Source: the human T2T-CHM13v2.0 reference genome, Homo sapiens
DNA length: 64,000 bases
Reading direction: 5' to 3' (one strand)
Assembly: GCF_009914755.1 (NCBI RefSeq)
Contig: NC_060933.1
Shown: positions 13,525 to 27,174 of the stretch, in pieces
How the letters are laid out: every line of letters starts with the position of its first letter
Position numbering within the stretch: position 1 is the stretch's first letter
Notes under the pieces: generated by a model
What the model saw: only the letters and a program-made list of their open reading frames with translations
What the model was told of the DNA's origin: nothing
Database searches by the model: none
Made by a program: the position numbers and the translations under genes

Positions 13525-13846
13525 AGTACAGAGATAGAGACTAAAACACTGTGGGGGAAGTGACATAGGAAATTGGGGGGTGTAGGTTAGAGGACACAAG
13601 GCAGCAAATATAGGGGATGAACAAGTCTAGAGATCCAATATACAACATGAGGACAATAGATATTAAAATTGTACTGTACATGGGAGTCATGCTAAATGAG
13701 TAGATTTTAGCTGCTCTTGCCCAAAAACATTGTAACTATGTGAGATGATGGATTAACTTGTTTCATCATAGTAATCTTTTTACTATCTGTATGTGTCCCA
13801 TGGCATCATGTTGTTAACCTTAAATATACATGGTGAAATTTATTTT
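13525..13846 (+). mobile_element. 5'-truncated L1 (L1MA/MB-type 3' UTR) with intact TSD
   Basis: 'gatgaacaagtctagagatccaatatacaacatgagg...gtagattttagctgctcttg...taactatgtgagatgatg'; flanked by 'aaaacatttatat' at 13512-13524 and 13847-13859 with a TT/AAAA endonuclease site. Confidence 0.7.
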
Positions 13847-14204
13847 AAAACATTTATATCGCTTAAAACAATTTTGGAGAGCATTTTTGCCTGTAGTCCT
13901 ATGTGCTAGCCTCTGTAACTTCCTTTACTTGATACTGTACTATACAAATTAAAGTAGAAAGTGTTATTCCAAGCATGAACTGGGCAATACAAATGGAATA
14001 TACAGATGTAATAACTTTTTGATATTAATACAAGTACCTCGTTATTATTTCTATGCATGTTTTACAAATGTTAAATAGCATCACTTCTTACAAATTCTGC
14101 TCTACGTTTCACACATCATGGCATTGTTTAAATGTCTCTTGGGATTATATTTATTGGTTTAAAACTGTTCTTGAATGTCATAGTCCGGCACTGTCCATTA
14201 GAAG

Positions 14205-15102
14205 TTTCTTTTTTTTTTCCTTTTTATATATTTAGGAAGTACAAATGCAAATTTCATACATGCATATATTGCATAGTGGTGATGTCTGGGCTTTTAGTGT
14301 ACCCATAACCCAAGTAGTGAACATCGTACCCAATAGATAATTTTTCAACCCTGCCCCCTTTTGTAGTCTCCGTTATCTATTATTCCATTCAGTAATTTCT
14401 ATTATTCCAAATACTACATGTTCTCAATTATAAATGGGAGCTAAACAATGGGTATATATGGACATACACGTATAAGTGAGAACATGTAGCGTTTGACTTT
14501 CTGTTTCTGAGTTATTTCGCTTAGGATAATGGTTTCCAATTCTATTCATGTTGCTGCAAAAGACATGATTTCATTCTTTATTAGGGCTGAGTAGTATTCC
14601 ATGGTGCATATGGTACTGTGAATAGTGTTGTGATAAACATATGAGTGCAAGATATCTTTTTGATATAATTCTTTCTTTCCCTTTGCATAGATAATCAATA
14701 ATGGACTTGCTGGATCAAAGGGTAGTTCTATTTTTGGTTATTTGAGAAATCCTCATTTTTTTTCCATAAAAGTTGTACTAATTTACATTCCTACCCACAG
14801 TGTATAAGCGTTCGTTCCCCTTTCTCCACATCCTTCCTAACATCTGCTGTTTTTTGACTTTTTAGTAATAGCCATTCTGACTGGTGAAAGATGGTATCTC
14901 ATTGTGGGTTTGATTTGCATTTCTTTGATTAGGAATGTTGAGAATTTTTTCATCTTTGGCCGTTTGTATTCCTCTTTTGAAAAATGTATGTTAATGTCCC
15001 TTGCCCACTTTTTAACAGGTTTTTTTTTTTCTTCTTGTTGAGGTTTTTTAGTTTCTTGTAGATACTGGATTATTAGCCGTTTGTCAGAGGAATAGTTTGC
15101 AT
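14205..15102 (-). mobile_element. L1PB-type 3' end (contains internal inversion, see findings)
   Basis: 'atattgcatagtggtgatgtctgggcttttagtgtacccataacccaagtagtgaacatcgtacccaatag' is reverse L1PB 3' UTR; poly-T at left. Confidence 0.8.
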
Positions 15103-15349
15103 TTGGTCGTGGGGAAGCTGAATATCATTTCTTTTTATTGTATTCCTTATGACAGAACAGAAGAGATCTGTAAAATTGTTCCCTCAGAAAAAGGCCATGA
15201 TAAGTTAAGTGGCAAGGCTACTAGATGGTGAAAGATAAAAGTTTAAAGGCTAATGATTATTGGTGCTGCAAAAGCAGAAAATTCCTTAATGGCAATAGCT
15301 GAACAATAACCAGACTTTCTAATGGGCAACATATATTTATAAAATTTAT

Positions 15350-16120
15350 AGACCACAGTCACTCTCCAAATACAAGTGCAGTGAATGTTTTGAAGATCAT
15401 TGATGAACTGAAAATGCAGGTGAAAAATACAAGAAATCTCCCTTGTTAAATTAGTCAATGATGCGTGAGTTCTGCTCCTTCACACATAGCACATGTTTGC
15501 TATGCATTTAAGTTTTACATCATTTGCAATACTGAAGTAGAAATTGTATAGACCTTTAGAGAGTCCTAATTCATTTTATGCATTGTTTTCTGCAAATGTG
15601 ACTCCATGAAAGTGTATTATCACAATGTTGGCTTTGTGTGCAAGCATTGTGCATGTACATAAAAATGTCTAAACTTCCTCAAAAAATGAAGAGGTGTCCT
15701 CTTTGTACATCTGAATTTGTGAAAGATAAAATTTCTCAAGATTTCAACTCTTTGGGTGGCTGCATAAGCAGTGGTGAGCCACTGTAGTTTTGGATCAATA
15801 TCATCGAAAGACTTAGGTTGTCCATCACGGTATTTCAGATGACCTCAGTTATAAAGCTGGGTGCACACAATTACCAAACATAGTGATACTTATTTATAGC
15901 TTTCACTTTTTGACCTATTTCTCTTAGAATGTGACTCCTCTGCTCATGAATATTATAACCATATAACTGTCATTAGTGTACTGAATGTTTATGATTATAA
16001 AAATACATGTCATAATTACCTGTTTTGTTGTGTATAGTGGTCAATGAAATGTTCTGTCATGTTTTTATGTTTCTCAAATAATCCCTTTAAAAATTTAAAT
16101 AAATATTTCTTAAAGAATTA
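15350..16120. mobile_element. Zaphod-like hAT-Tip100 DNA transposon fragment
   Basis: 'tcacggtatttcagatgacctcagttataaagctgggtgcacacaattacc' and 'actccatgaaagtgtattatcacaatgttg' match the recalled Zaphod consensus. Confidence 0.7.
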
Positions 16121-16281
16121 AGGAAAAAATTTAATGCACACATTGTTTCCTTTAGAATCAGAAGAATGCATACATCTTTATCAAAGATGAATCTCTAATT
16201 CATCTTTAATATATTAACCTGGTGATCCTGGGTGTTGCACCAAATTTCCTGAATATGTGTGTATATACATATAGACATATG

Positions 16282-16284
<3 letters not shown>

Positions 16285-16344
<60 letters not shown>

Positions 16345-16400
16345 CAGGATTATATGTATGTTTATATTTATGTATGTATTTGTGTGTATATATATGTGTG
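16285..16400 (+). repeat. Compound microsatellite (CT)~17(TA)~13 plus TA/TG-rich tail
   Basis: Direct reading. Confidence 0.95.
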
Positions 16401-16650
16401 TCTGTGTGTAATATATATAATTTTTCCCACCAAGTGATTTAGTCTTATACAGACTAAAGTTGGAAATCAATAGACCAAAATGTACATGTGTATAGGTTGC
16501 GAAGATGACCACAGCTTGGAAAATTTATTTAAATTTATCAAATATTTCTAATGTGGCTTTTTAAAATGGAGTTAATTTATATATGTACGGTTGTTTCCAA
16601 TACACTCCCTTTTTCTTTCTTACATATGTATATAAAAATAAAAGCATTTG

Positions 16651-16966
<316 letters not shown>

Positions 16967-18836
16967 TCAATTGACTGATAAAGATGCAAAGTATTTATGT
17001 TTTCTAACAAATTCTTCCTGATTATCTTTTGGATAGGATGTGTAAGATATTCACGAGAAATATTATGATGTTTTACAATGTTCATGATTTATTCATTTTT
17101 ATATATTAAATGTATATTATATAGAAATATATATTTTAAATAAATATCAATATATTTGTGGAGTGTGCTTAAGGGTATTCAAGTTTGATAGACCATTGCT
17201 TTAAGAAAATAAAATACACACAAAAAAGAGAGAAAAAAATTAGCCAACTTGGTATAGTAGGCTTTAAGTAGGCATATAAATAATTTAGGAAATAAAACAA
17301 ATGAATCACCTGGAAGAAAAGCTATAGCAATGCAAGACAGAGATTTTCCCAAAATAACTAAATGAAGGAAATGGCAAATTGCAATACTAATGGAACTTTC
17401 AAGATGCAGGTAGGGGAATCATTAGTTTACTGATTGACCTATTTTTCTATTTAGAGCAGTTCACAAATCCCTTACCTAAAGAAAATGGAAGTGTAAGAAA
17501 AAGGTTACAGAATTTTGTAAAAGCAAGTTATGATACACTTGGTGAATTGTTTTGCTTTGCTGTATTGACTGAGAAATCAGGATAGACAGTTCAACAATTA
17601 TAAAACTCTCAGTAGGACCTTGCAGACATTACGTCACCTCACAATGGTGGCTGTTTAATTGTTCCTCCCTCTTTCTAAAAGAGTCATTTCCTCTCAAAGC
17701 AGCAGATTTCATATTGTTGGGAAAAGTAGAGGAAGAAACAGCATCTTGCAACCACAACCAGGTTAAATATGAGCATTAATCTGGTCATATTAAGAGCTCA
17801 GAGACAAAAGGAAGAGGAACAGGGACAGTGTGAAGATGGCGTTAGGCATGTGGGGAGCTACCGATGGGCTTGCACCCCTACTCCCACCATCCAGAAAATA
17901 GCAAACTCAAAAGATGCAGAAAGTTTGCTTGTAAAGCATGAAGTCCTCCCGATAAAGAAAGCTGAGGCAGGCCAGATAACTGGTTAAGGACACTGCAAGG
18001 TAGAAGGGCTAATCAATTTGTTAGAAACATAGATGTAATATATTAACATCAGAAACTCAAGCAATCAGCTTTTGGAAAGCTCTCCAGTATAGCAGGGATG
18101 CCCCAAACCCACTGGCCTTCGTAAAGCTGAAAAGTCAAATTCTACACCCACACACTGGCAAGTATTTCCCTTTAAGTCAACGTTTTGAGCTTTAACAGCT
18201 GAAACCAAGTCTTTTAAAAAATACAATAAAAGCTGGAGCTATAAAGACTGTGGAAACTTACTTAACAGCATGAGCTAAAGATAACCAGGAATTTGCCACT
18301 GGGAACTATTTAATGCTTTTGATGGAGCTGCGGCATATAGGGCCTAAGGTAATTGATGTACAGAAAGAACAAGCTAATAAATACTAGTTCTAGAATTTCT
18401 ATGATTTAAGGGGGATGGGAGTGTTAAGTTGATGGATAAGTCCCACAATGCTTTTCTTTTATAAGGTCTGCTAAGCCTAGTTGGCAATCATATTTCACAT
18501 CCATTCATAAGGTCTCAATAGAAGAATAAAAAACAAGTGTCATGTGTCTGGACAATCACCAAAAAAAAAAAAAAAAAAGAATCGAGGTTGTGTATACATG
18601 CTCAGCATTTTAAAATGTGCTAAAATCTTACTTCTGGTGAAGCCATTTAGTATGGTTTTTCTGGGCTGTTTCTAACCTGCAGCTTTAACATAGCCTTTAA
18701 TAAATCCTAACTGATAGAAACTGAACAATAGCAAGAAGGGCCATGGGCGGGAATAGGGAGCTAAGAATGAAAGTTACTAATCTCTTTGGAACTTGTTTTT
18801 TTCTTATTTTGTTTTCAGTTTTTTTGAATTTTGGGG

Positions 18837-19101
18837 TTTTTTGTTTGTTTGTTTTTTGAGACGGAGTCTTGCTGTCGCCAGGCTGGAGTGCAGTGGCGTA
18901 ATCTCAGATCACTGCAACCTCCGCCTCCCAAGTTCAAGTGATTCTCCTGTCTGAGCTTCCCAAGTAGCTGGGTCTACAGGCGCCTGCCCCCATGCTTGGC
19001 TAACTTTTTATATTTTTAGTAGAGACGGGATTTCACCGTGTTGGTCAGGATGGTCTTGATCTCTTGATCTCGTGATCCACCTGCCTCGGCCTCCCAAAGT
19101 G
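18837..19101 (-). mobile_element. Alu (AluSc-like), lacking ~35 nt of its 5' end
   Basis: 'gagacggagtcttgctgtcgccaggctggagtgcag...ctcccaaagtg'; degenerate TSD gaatt(t/c)tgg. Confidence 0.92.
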
Positions 19102-19232
19102 AATTCTGGTTTTTGTCTGAAGTTGTGTTTTGTTTTTCAGTGAGGAGGTTGATTAAGAGATTTGAACTTAGTAGAACTCTCCAATCCAAGGCATAAACAC
19201 ACTAACAAAAATACCTCCAATTAGATCAGCAC

Positions 19233-19745
19233 TGTATTGGCTAGCCCTCTGTATAACAAACCGCCCAAAACTCACTGTCTGAAAACAATAACCCTTCATT
19301 ATTTCTGGTGGTTTTAGAAGCTAGAAAGGCTGTGCTGCTGAGCTGGGCTAGGCTCAGCTGATCTCTGCTGGGTTTGCTCATGTCTGCAGTCAGGTGGCAG
19401 GCCAGCCAGAGCCTGGGGGTTCTGGGAGGTCTGTCAAAGGGATGACTTCATTCAACACGATGTTTTGTCTTTCAGTGGACTGTCTCAGGCTGGATCTCAT
19501 GGTGTGGCAAGTATCAGAGGGAAAGCTAGAACGGAAGGCTCAATGCCTTTTGAAGTATAGACTGAGAACTGGCCCACTATTACTTCTTCCACATTGTATT
19601 GATCAAAGCAAGTCATAAGCCTAGTCTGGTTTCCAGGAGGGATGAGGGAAAAGATTCCTCATGGGAGTAGCTGCAAAGTCTTTAATAAGGGACGTGAATA
19701 TGAGGAAGTGCAGAAAATGTAGGTCAGTTTTGCAATCAGTCTACA
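19233..19745 (-). mobile_element. MaLR solo LTR, MLT1 (H-like)
   Basis: 'tgtattgg...taacaaaccgcccaaaactcactgtctgaaaacaataa...tattgatcaaagcaagtcataag...ttgcaatcagtctaca'. Confidence 0.7.
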
Positions 19746-19854
19746 AAAAAAATGCAATAAAGACATGTAAACCCAATCTATACATTCTTACTTGTATTAG
19801 CATCTTTGTAACAAAAAGGACTGGACAATGATACTCTTTTCTAAAACATATTTT

Positions 19855-20090
19855 GGCGCAGTGGGGAACTGGTGATTGCAGCAGATATCCTGGACTTAGA
19901 TTGATTTGAATCCTAGCTGTAAAATGTAATATCTGTGTGTCTTATTATTTAATACCTCAGTAGTCTTATCTATAAAATGGGAATGATAATAATACCTTCA
20001 TTAAAGTATTGATGGGAGCATTAAATAATATATATAAAGCTTTTAGAACAGAGCCTGACACATAGTCATTTGATAAATTTATATTTTATT
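19855..20090 (+). mobile_element. MIR SINE
   Basis: 'cctcagtagtcttatctataaaatgggaatgataataatacc...ttagaacagagcctgacacatagt'. Confidence 0.75.
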
Positions 20091-21091
20091 TTTAGCACTG
20101 ATAGGAATATATCAACAAATATGCAAATTATAAGAATGTAGAAATTCAGTGGATTTCCAGCTGGACTTGTGATAAGGCTAAGCATCAATAGTTTATAGTA
20201 AAATATAGCACCAAGTACATACCTATTATGTAGCCTAGGTTTTAACTATCTCTAAATTATTTCTTTGAAATCTCGCTGAATCCTTTTAACTAGCAAATGA
20301 GCAAAGTATATAAATGTTCTGTACTTATTTCACTTTTTGAAAAAAATGGAATTCTGAATTCACTTCAGTGCATTTTAAAGAAAGCCTTTATCAAAGCAAT
20401 CTATATTGCAGCAGGACTCTCCAGATCGGACCAGAGGGAAATATTCTAAATCAAGTCTTTCATGGAATTAGAAATGTTCCCATTCCTTTTTCCCCCAAAC
20501 ATTATTTCCAATCCTTTCACTCATTACCCAGTAAAGCCATAAAGGAATTGCATCAAAAGTTATGCAATCTCAAATTCATGTATCATAAAAAGAACATATA
20601 CTACCCATGGGTAGAAAAAGGAGGAAAAGCCAGCCAACTAACCACAGGTCACAGCTGGGGATATGTATCAAGCACCTATTACTTGAAGGAAGAATGGCAG
20701 TGCTCCTATTAGAAGAGAAGAAAGGAGAAATCTGGAAAAAGAAGAGTGCCAAGTCACCAGAGAAACCAATTATGTTTCCAAGCAGCCAAAATATATGCAT
20801 ATGTCTGGGTACCCAGAGCTTAAAAGAAATCAGAGAGGGTTGAAAGAAAATCAGGCTTCAGATCTAAAGGAAATCATCTTCTTTGTATATCCTGCCTGAA
20901 GTTTTGATTTTTTTAAATTTCAATAGGATTTGCATGAACCGTTTCAATTCATTCTCTTTGCACAGATACAGCACATTTAACAACATGCTGACATTCTAGT
21001 GGAAGAGCTGGAATTTGATACATGCCTTTAAGTGTCCTTCATATAATGGAACTTTCTCACAAACTTTGCTTTTGAGTTTCCAGGAGGAAGA

Positions 21092-21380
21092 AACTAATAT
21101 TTATTGATCACTTGATATGCAGCAAGAATCTGCCAACCGAAAGCATAACAGGGCTCATTGTGGTCCAGTATACTTCCTTTTCATGGGCCCTGCCTAGCAC
21201 AGGGAAGTAAACCATTAATTTAAAATAGGTTATCACATATGGTCTGTCACTTAATTCTTACCATGACCCAGTAAGGCATTAACCCTATTTTACAGATGAG
21301 AAGACCAATTCAAAGGTCATCTGACTTAGCCAAGACCACAGAGCAAGCATAGTACTGGGGCAAAACCAGATGTAGTGACT
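21092..21380 (-). mobile_element. MIR SINE interrupted at 21146-21230 by an inverted copy of downstream DNA
   Basis: 'aactaatatttattgatcactt' (reverse MIR 3' end), then after the insert 'cacttaattcttaccatgacccagtaagg...ccctattttacagatgagaag'. Confidence 0.65.
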
Positions 21381-21589
21381 GGTAATTTACAGGAAAAGGT
21401 AAATAGCAAGCATGCAAGTCACCTCTGCCATCCCCACCACCTTCTGTCCCCCTCTATGCTACTTCCTAAAGACAACTTTGTTCTATCTCTACGGCATTCA
21501 TCTCCAGCCACACTAGAGAACTGCTTCAGACAGAAAGATTGACACATTTTTTAACTCAATTACCAAAACATCTCTCTTCCCTCACCTTT

Positions 21590-21636
<47 letters not shown>

Positions 21637-21839
21637 CTACAATAAAATTCAGGGGTAGGAGGGAAAAGGAGTTTAAATGTTAATAACAGAGATTTGAGCA
21701 TAAAGGCAACTTGGCTTGCATCTTCTTTGCTTTATCACCCTATGTTTTTCAGAGACCTATTTTAAATTAATGGTTTACTTCCCTGTGCTAGGCAGGGCCC
21801 ATGAAAAGGAAGCATGCTGGACCATAATGAGCCCTATTA
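21146..21839. repeat. Long-range inverted repeat: 85-bp arms (21146-21230 / 21755-21839), 524-bp spacer
   Basis: Manual reverse-complement alignment: 81/85 identical, ungapped; inner 58 bp perfect. Confidence 0.95.
21592..21634 (+). repeat. (CA)~21 microsatellite
   Basis: Direct reading. Confidence 0.97.
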
Positions 21840-22838
21840 GTCCTTCAATTTCAGGAATAGACCAATTCCAGTGAACTGCCAACAAATAAATGTGAATAAC
21901 TTGTGGAGTTAAATGGAGAGTAGCCCATGGATTTTAAATTTCCTCTAAGCCACAAGTATCTTGCCAAGTGAGTTTGATGTACTTCTGCCCTTCTAGGAAG
22001 TTCTGGTGGTTTAATTCTGATAGTCATGTCTGCACCTCCAGAAATTATGCCTTTTCAGAGAAACTGAGAATTTTACAAGATTTTCCAGTGCTTAGTTTAG
22101 TTAATGGATTATCAGATGGACAAGTGTAGGTTACAGGTGGATGCAAATGCAACCCTGTATTCACTGTTAGGGTCAAATGTGTTAATTCTCCAAGAAGTTC
22201 TGAGAAGCCTCTAAGCCTCTTGAGTAAAATCTATTCTCTAGGCATAGTACTAACTGTTCAATATAGGTTGTCTCATTTAAGTTAATCCTGTCTTTTAATG
22301 TTCATTTTCACATGAAGCTGCTGGCAAGAATGGTTAGGAAAGCAGATGTGCTGATATGTGTCCATTTTACCTTAAAAAGGGAGCTGAGATCAGGGCAAGC
22401 AGGGTGGTCCTTGTGGTGGGTTGGATAGGTATGTGCCCCTAATATCATGGCTTGAGTCCATATAAATACCTGAAAGAACAGATACCCAGTGGTCTGGTCA
22501 CTTGGTGATTCTTTCTAAACATGGAAAAAGACAAGAAGCCATAAGCTACAGAAGTAGAGGTTATTGATGGAAGCAGAGTTCCACAATGACCTGGGCTGGG
22601 GCTGAAGTCAGATGAAATACTTATGGTGCAGACTTTTGATTTCTTATTGCCCTGAAAAGAGAATAAATGATACTTATATTTGTTGGTCTAAAAACTAGTT
22701 GAAATTACTTACTGAAGTCAAGACAGAATTGGGGAAAATGTTTTTAAGAAAGACACAGTTACAAGAGCCTGCTTATAGAGCAAACCTCAATCCCTTCAAT
22801 CCCTTGTGAGACAAAGATGTAGGCCAGCATAGACTCCC

Positions 22839-23121
<283 letters not shown>

Positions 23122-24034
23122 AATTTCTGATATTCGAATTCCCTAGCCACTTATTCAACACTTTTCGTGCTATCCAGAAGATCAGATCGTTATGGTACAG
23201 TTTGTTCAGCTACAACCTGTATGGGGAGGAAATTCAGATTCACTGCCAAGGTGTACCCAGGAAGACATTGCCATGAACTCATTTCACCAAGCAAAGAAAG
23301 CCATAGCTCAAATACTACAGTGATTCTTTCTGGCCTCTTCAGTGATGGATAAAAGCCTCGTGATCTAAATATTAAGCTCGTCCCAATCAGTCAACATTTG
23401 ACTCACATTAGCAAAGACCTCTCAGAGCTCAATGCCATGCTTGTTGACCACGAAAAAAGTACCTGTATTTATTTAATGGCTGGTCTCTTCAGCTAGTTTT
23501 ATTTCAAGAGGATTTCATTTTTATATTGCATAAACTGCAGGCAATGGCTATTTGACACATTTATTTTAAATCCTGTTCAGTGTTAGTGGAGGATATCAAA
23601 TTGACAGACTCAGAGAACAAGCAGAGTTATCAGAGCAGAGTAACGTTGCAAATATTCTCTCAGTTTATAGTCCCCAGAGCTGCCAGGTGACCCTGGTGTT
23701 ACAGTGGATTGAAAAATACTCAAGCAAGTTAGTTGAGCTACAGGTTGGAGGAATTTTATTTTGGAAGAGGAAATTCTTAGGGCTCTCTGGATGGCCAAAG
23801 AATCCTTAGCTTAATCACCATCCTTTGTTTTACAATAGGATGCAATTGAAGATATTTGCTGCCCCAAATGTCTTATTTTGCCTTTCCACTTCTCTAAATC
23901 CCGGTTATTTTTTAAGGCCTAGATTTTATTTCACCACCTCTGTGAAGACTTGTGCAAGCACTACAAGACAAAGCAATTGCATCCTCTTCCAAACTCCTAT
24001 GGCTCTAGGAGGAAAAACATCATTGTGATTAAAT

Positions 24035-24210
24035 CACGGCATAGGCCTGAGTTCTAGCTGCATGATGTTGGGAAGCTTACCTCTCCCCTCTGATTCTTGA
24101 TTTCCTCACCTATCATTCTAGTCTAATGATACTTTACCTCACAGAGTGGTTACAAGGATTAAATCAAACGTGTCATGGGTAAGGGCCTGACCCATAAACA
24201 CTCAAGCAAT
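24035..24210 (+). mobile_element. MIR SINE
   Basis: 'tagctgcatgatgttgggaagc...tttcctcacctat...tacctcacagagtggttacaaggattaaat'. Confidence 0.6.
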
Positions 24211-25129
24211 ATATCATATCCTCTCTTACTCTGTTACTTACTGTATATTTAGTGTGTTCTTTATCCTTATGGAGATGCTAAATTCCATCAGGATTATGTG
24301 TCTTATTTACTTGTGTTCAAACCTTCTACCACCTATGTTAGTACTGATGGATCGCAGCTGCCCAGGCAATATAGACTGATGGTTTGGTGATTTAAATCAA
24401 TGTAAATGGCTTTGGCAAAAAAACAGAGCTATGTTCTAGAGATAGATGCAGCCTGCAAACATATGTATTCCTTTTTTTGTTAGTAAGTGTGGCCATGACA
24501 TGGCACAGACAGCTGAGAGAAGATAAACTCTGCAGCTTGAATGGCTTTTGCCAGAACTCTGGCAGAAGGGAGGTTTGTAATGTGAAGAGGCAAATACCAC
24601 ATATGAAAGGATTTAGTATGCCTTAAAGGAATAATTTTATATGTGTATTTTTCTCATAGAATATAAATCTGGGAATTCTGAGATCTCAGAGAGAGTAGAG
24701 ACCAGTAGGTTCCCTCAGATTCAAATGATGACTGCCAGAGCCCAGGGAGGAGATAGTTCTGTTGGTTTGAAATTATAACAGTCTGTGTGGCAAGTGGTAG
24801 GTACTGCCTGGGGGTTGCAAGACCAGCAAGTTTCAAGGAGTGAGACACCTGACCCTATAACCAGGAGCTAAGGTAGGATCCCTTTGCTCTATCTGGGCAT
24901 GTGACTGACAAGATCATAGGCATGTAGTTGACTGGCTAAGCATCCTGGTTTGGACACAAACTATTAACCTATGCTGAAATATGGCCAGCCCCAAATTTGA
25001 GCATCTTGAGTCACCCAGTCTTATATTTGAACTCTCTATGATTTATCTATCACACCCTATCCTCTCACACTGAGCTACTACCCCTCTCTGTTGAATCACT
25101 AATGGGGAGAGCCCTGTAGATTGGTTACA

Positions 25130-26080
25130 TCACATTCACCCATTCCACAATGTCTGCTATGTGCATTTACTAGCAGCCAAGTATTAAATGAAATAATAGA
25201 GCACATAGATAAAAACACACAGTGCCTGCTGTCAGGAAATAGGCAGGTCTTCTAGGCAAGGCAGAGAAGCAAAGAGTCTATTGCAATCAGTATAATAAAT
25301 GTAATGGTAGAGTCATGCATAAAGCACTATGGGATGAGAAACACCTAATTTACACAGCTGGAGGGAAGGGAGGTCAGAGAAACCTCTTCAAACAAGTCGC
25401 TCTGAACTGAGTTTTGTAAGATGAGAAGGTGTTTGCTGGAGGAAGGCAGAAAGAAAGAGCATTCTTCATAGGGGGTGATATACATAGCAATGCAGAAATG
25501 TGTGAGGCACACTGCAGTCTTAAATTCACTGGATATAAGAATAGCTCAGGATACAACAGAGACAAGAGGAAAGCTGAAAAGGTATGTAGGGACCAGACCC
25601 TGAATAGCCATGTGTGCTGTGCTACAGGGAATGGACTTGATGCTGATCTCAGGAATATTCAGGCAAACACATGGACAAAACTTGATTAGATGTGAAGGTA
25701 AAAGTTTGGAAAGAAGCTAAGAAGCTAAGTGATGATAATGGTGGAGAAGAGGATCTTGGAGAAAAATAAATAAATTTTTTTTGGTCATGACAAGATTGTG
25801 GTGCTTGGGAAATACCCAGATGAAGATACCTGGTGGACAGTTGAATATAATTCAGGAGCCAAAGATGCAAGCTGGGAACTTATCAGTAATTAAAACCACG
25901 GAAATTGGTTATATCACTCAAGGAGAGTATGAAGAGTAAGACGAATACAAACCAAAATTCTGGAATGATCATTAAAAACATTATTGATAGGTACTTAGAA
26001 GGGCAAGAGAGGAAGAAGAAAGTAATGAGAAATGCTTATGGAAGCCAAAGGAGCTTTCCAGGAGAAGAAAGTGATCAACA
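25130..26080 (-). mobile_element. L2 LINE fragment
   Basis: Purine-rich reverse L2: 'ggtcagagaaacctcttc...ctgaactgagttttgtaagatgag', 'gaagatacctggtggacagttgaatataattcaggagc'. Confidence 0.7.
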
Positions 26081-26689
26081 GAACAAAAGTCACTTGGCTG
26101 CAATTGACTTTCAGCTTGGCATTTTAATCCTCATCATAATTCTCTAGTAAAATACCTGCTTCCTAATTTGATTGTTGACAGTTGCCTTGCCTCACCCTGA
26201 TTATAATTTCAACTGTTCCATGGCTCAATAAGCGAGGCAGAATTGCCAGAGCATAAGCAGATACTAGTGGAATTGCAGCTTCCTTCTCATATGCAAGAGG
26301 CACCAACAATAAAATTACAGGGTTAGTAATTAGAGACATGGTCCTATGTGAAATGGTCCCCAGCTTTGTGTTTATCCTGAGAGTTGACTCAGCACTTCTT
26401 ACTGCTGGTGGGGAGAAATATTCATAGCATTTTTTCAGTTGCCCAGACTGCAGGTTCTTCATCTTACCATTTAACCGCCCAACAGCTGCTCACAAAATTC
26501 TGTGTCATTCACACTGTGCCCAATCCAGGAAAGTTTAAGTGACCATGGAATGGCACACTGGCAGTGTCTCAAAAGGATCAGTTCTTTTAGGAAGACTTTT
26601 ACCTTGGTCTTAGAAACCTGAGGAAACTGTCCAGTTTATTCCAGAGGAATGTCAAATGTCAGGATCTAAAGTCTAAAAGAAGTAAAATA

Positions 26690-27095
26690 ATAATGAATTA
26701 TTAGTTTTCATGATTACATGGGTTGGGTTGGCATTTTGTATGTTCATTTCACCTGGACTCACTCATGTGACTACATTCAGCCGCTGGGTTGGTTGAAATG
26801 GAGAAGGCCCAGGATAGCCCCACTCACATGTCTGGCTGTTGCTTCTGGCTGGGGTAAGGGTACCTTAATTCTCCTCCACAGGGTCTCTCATCCCCTGGTA
26901 GAGTAGACCATCTTCCTTGCATGGCTATCTCAGGGCAGCATTCCAAGAATGTGGAAGGGGAATCTGCAAAGTCTCTTGCAGCCTAGTCTGGAAAGTCACA
27001 CAAAATTCCTTCCACTGCATTTCATTTTCAAAGCAAGTCACAAGGCCACCTTGGATTTTGGGGTGGGGAAATAGACTGCAGCTCTTGATGAAAAC
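26690..27095 (-). mobile_element. MaLR solo LTR, MLT1 (H-like)
   Basis: 'cactcacatgtctggc...cagcattccaagaatg...caaagcaagtcacaaggccacc...gaaatagactgcagctcttgatg'. Confidence 0.7.
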
Positions 27096-27174
27096 ACTGC
27101 ATGATGGGTTTTTTTTCACTGCTGTGCATGTGGGTGTGCTTTCGTATTGTTTTTAAATAGTTGCTATCTTACTG

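Noticed and set aside
21146-21839. Inverted arms as terminal inverted repeats of a novel DNA transposon or MITE
   Set aside because: No TSD outside the arms, and the MIR continues through the left arm into the spacer, so the spacer is native flanking DNA rather than element interior. The same logic applies to 29198-30716, where the MLT1 spans the right arm.
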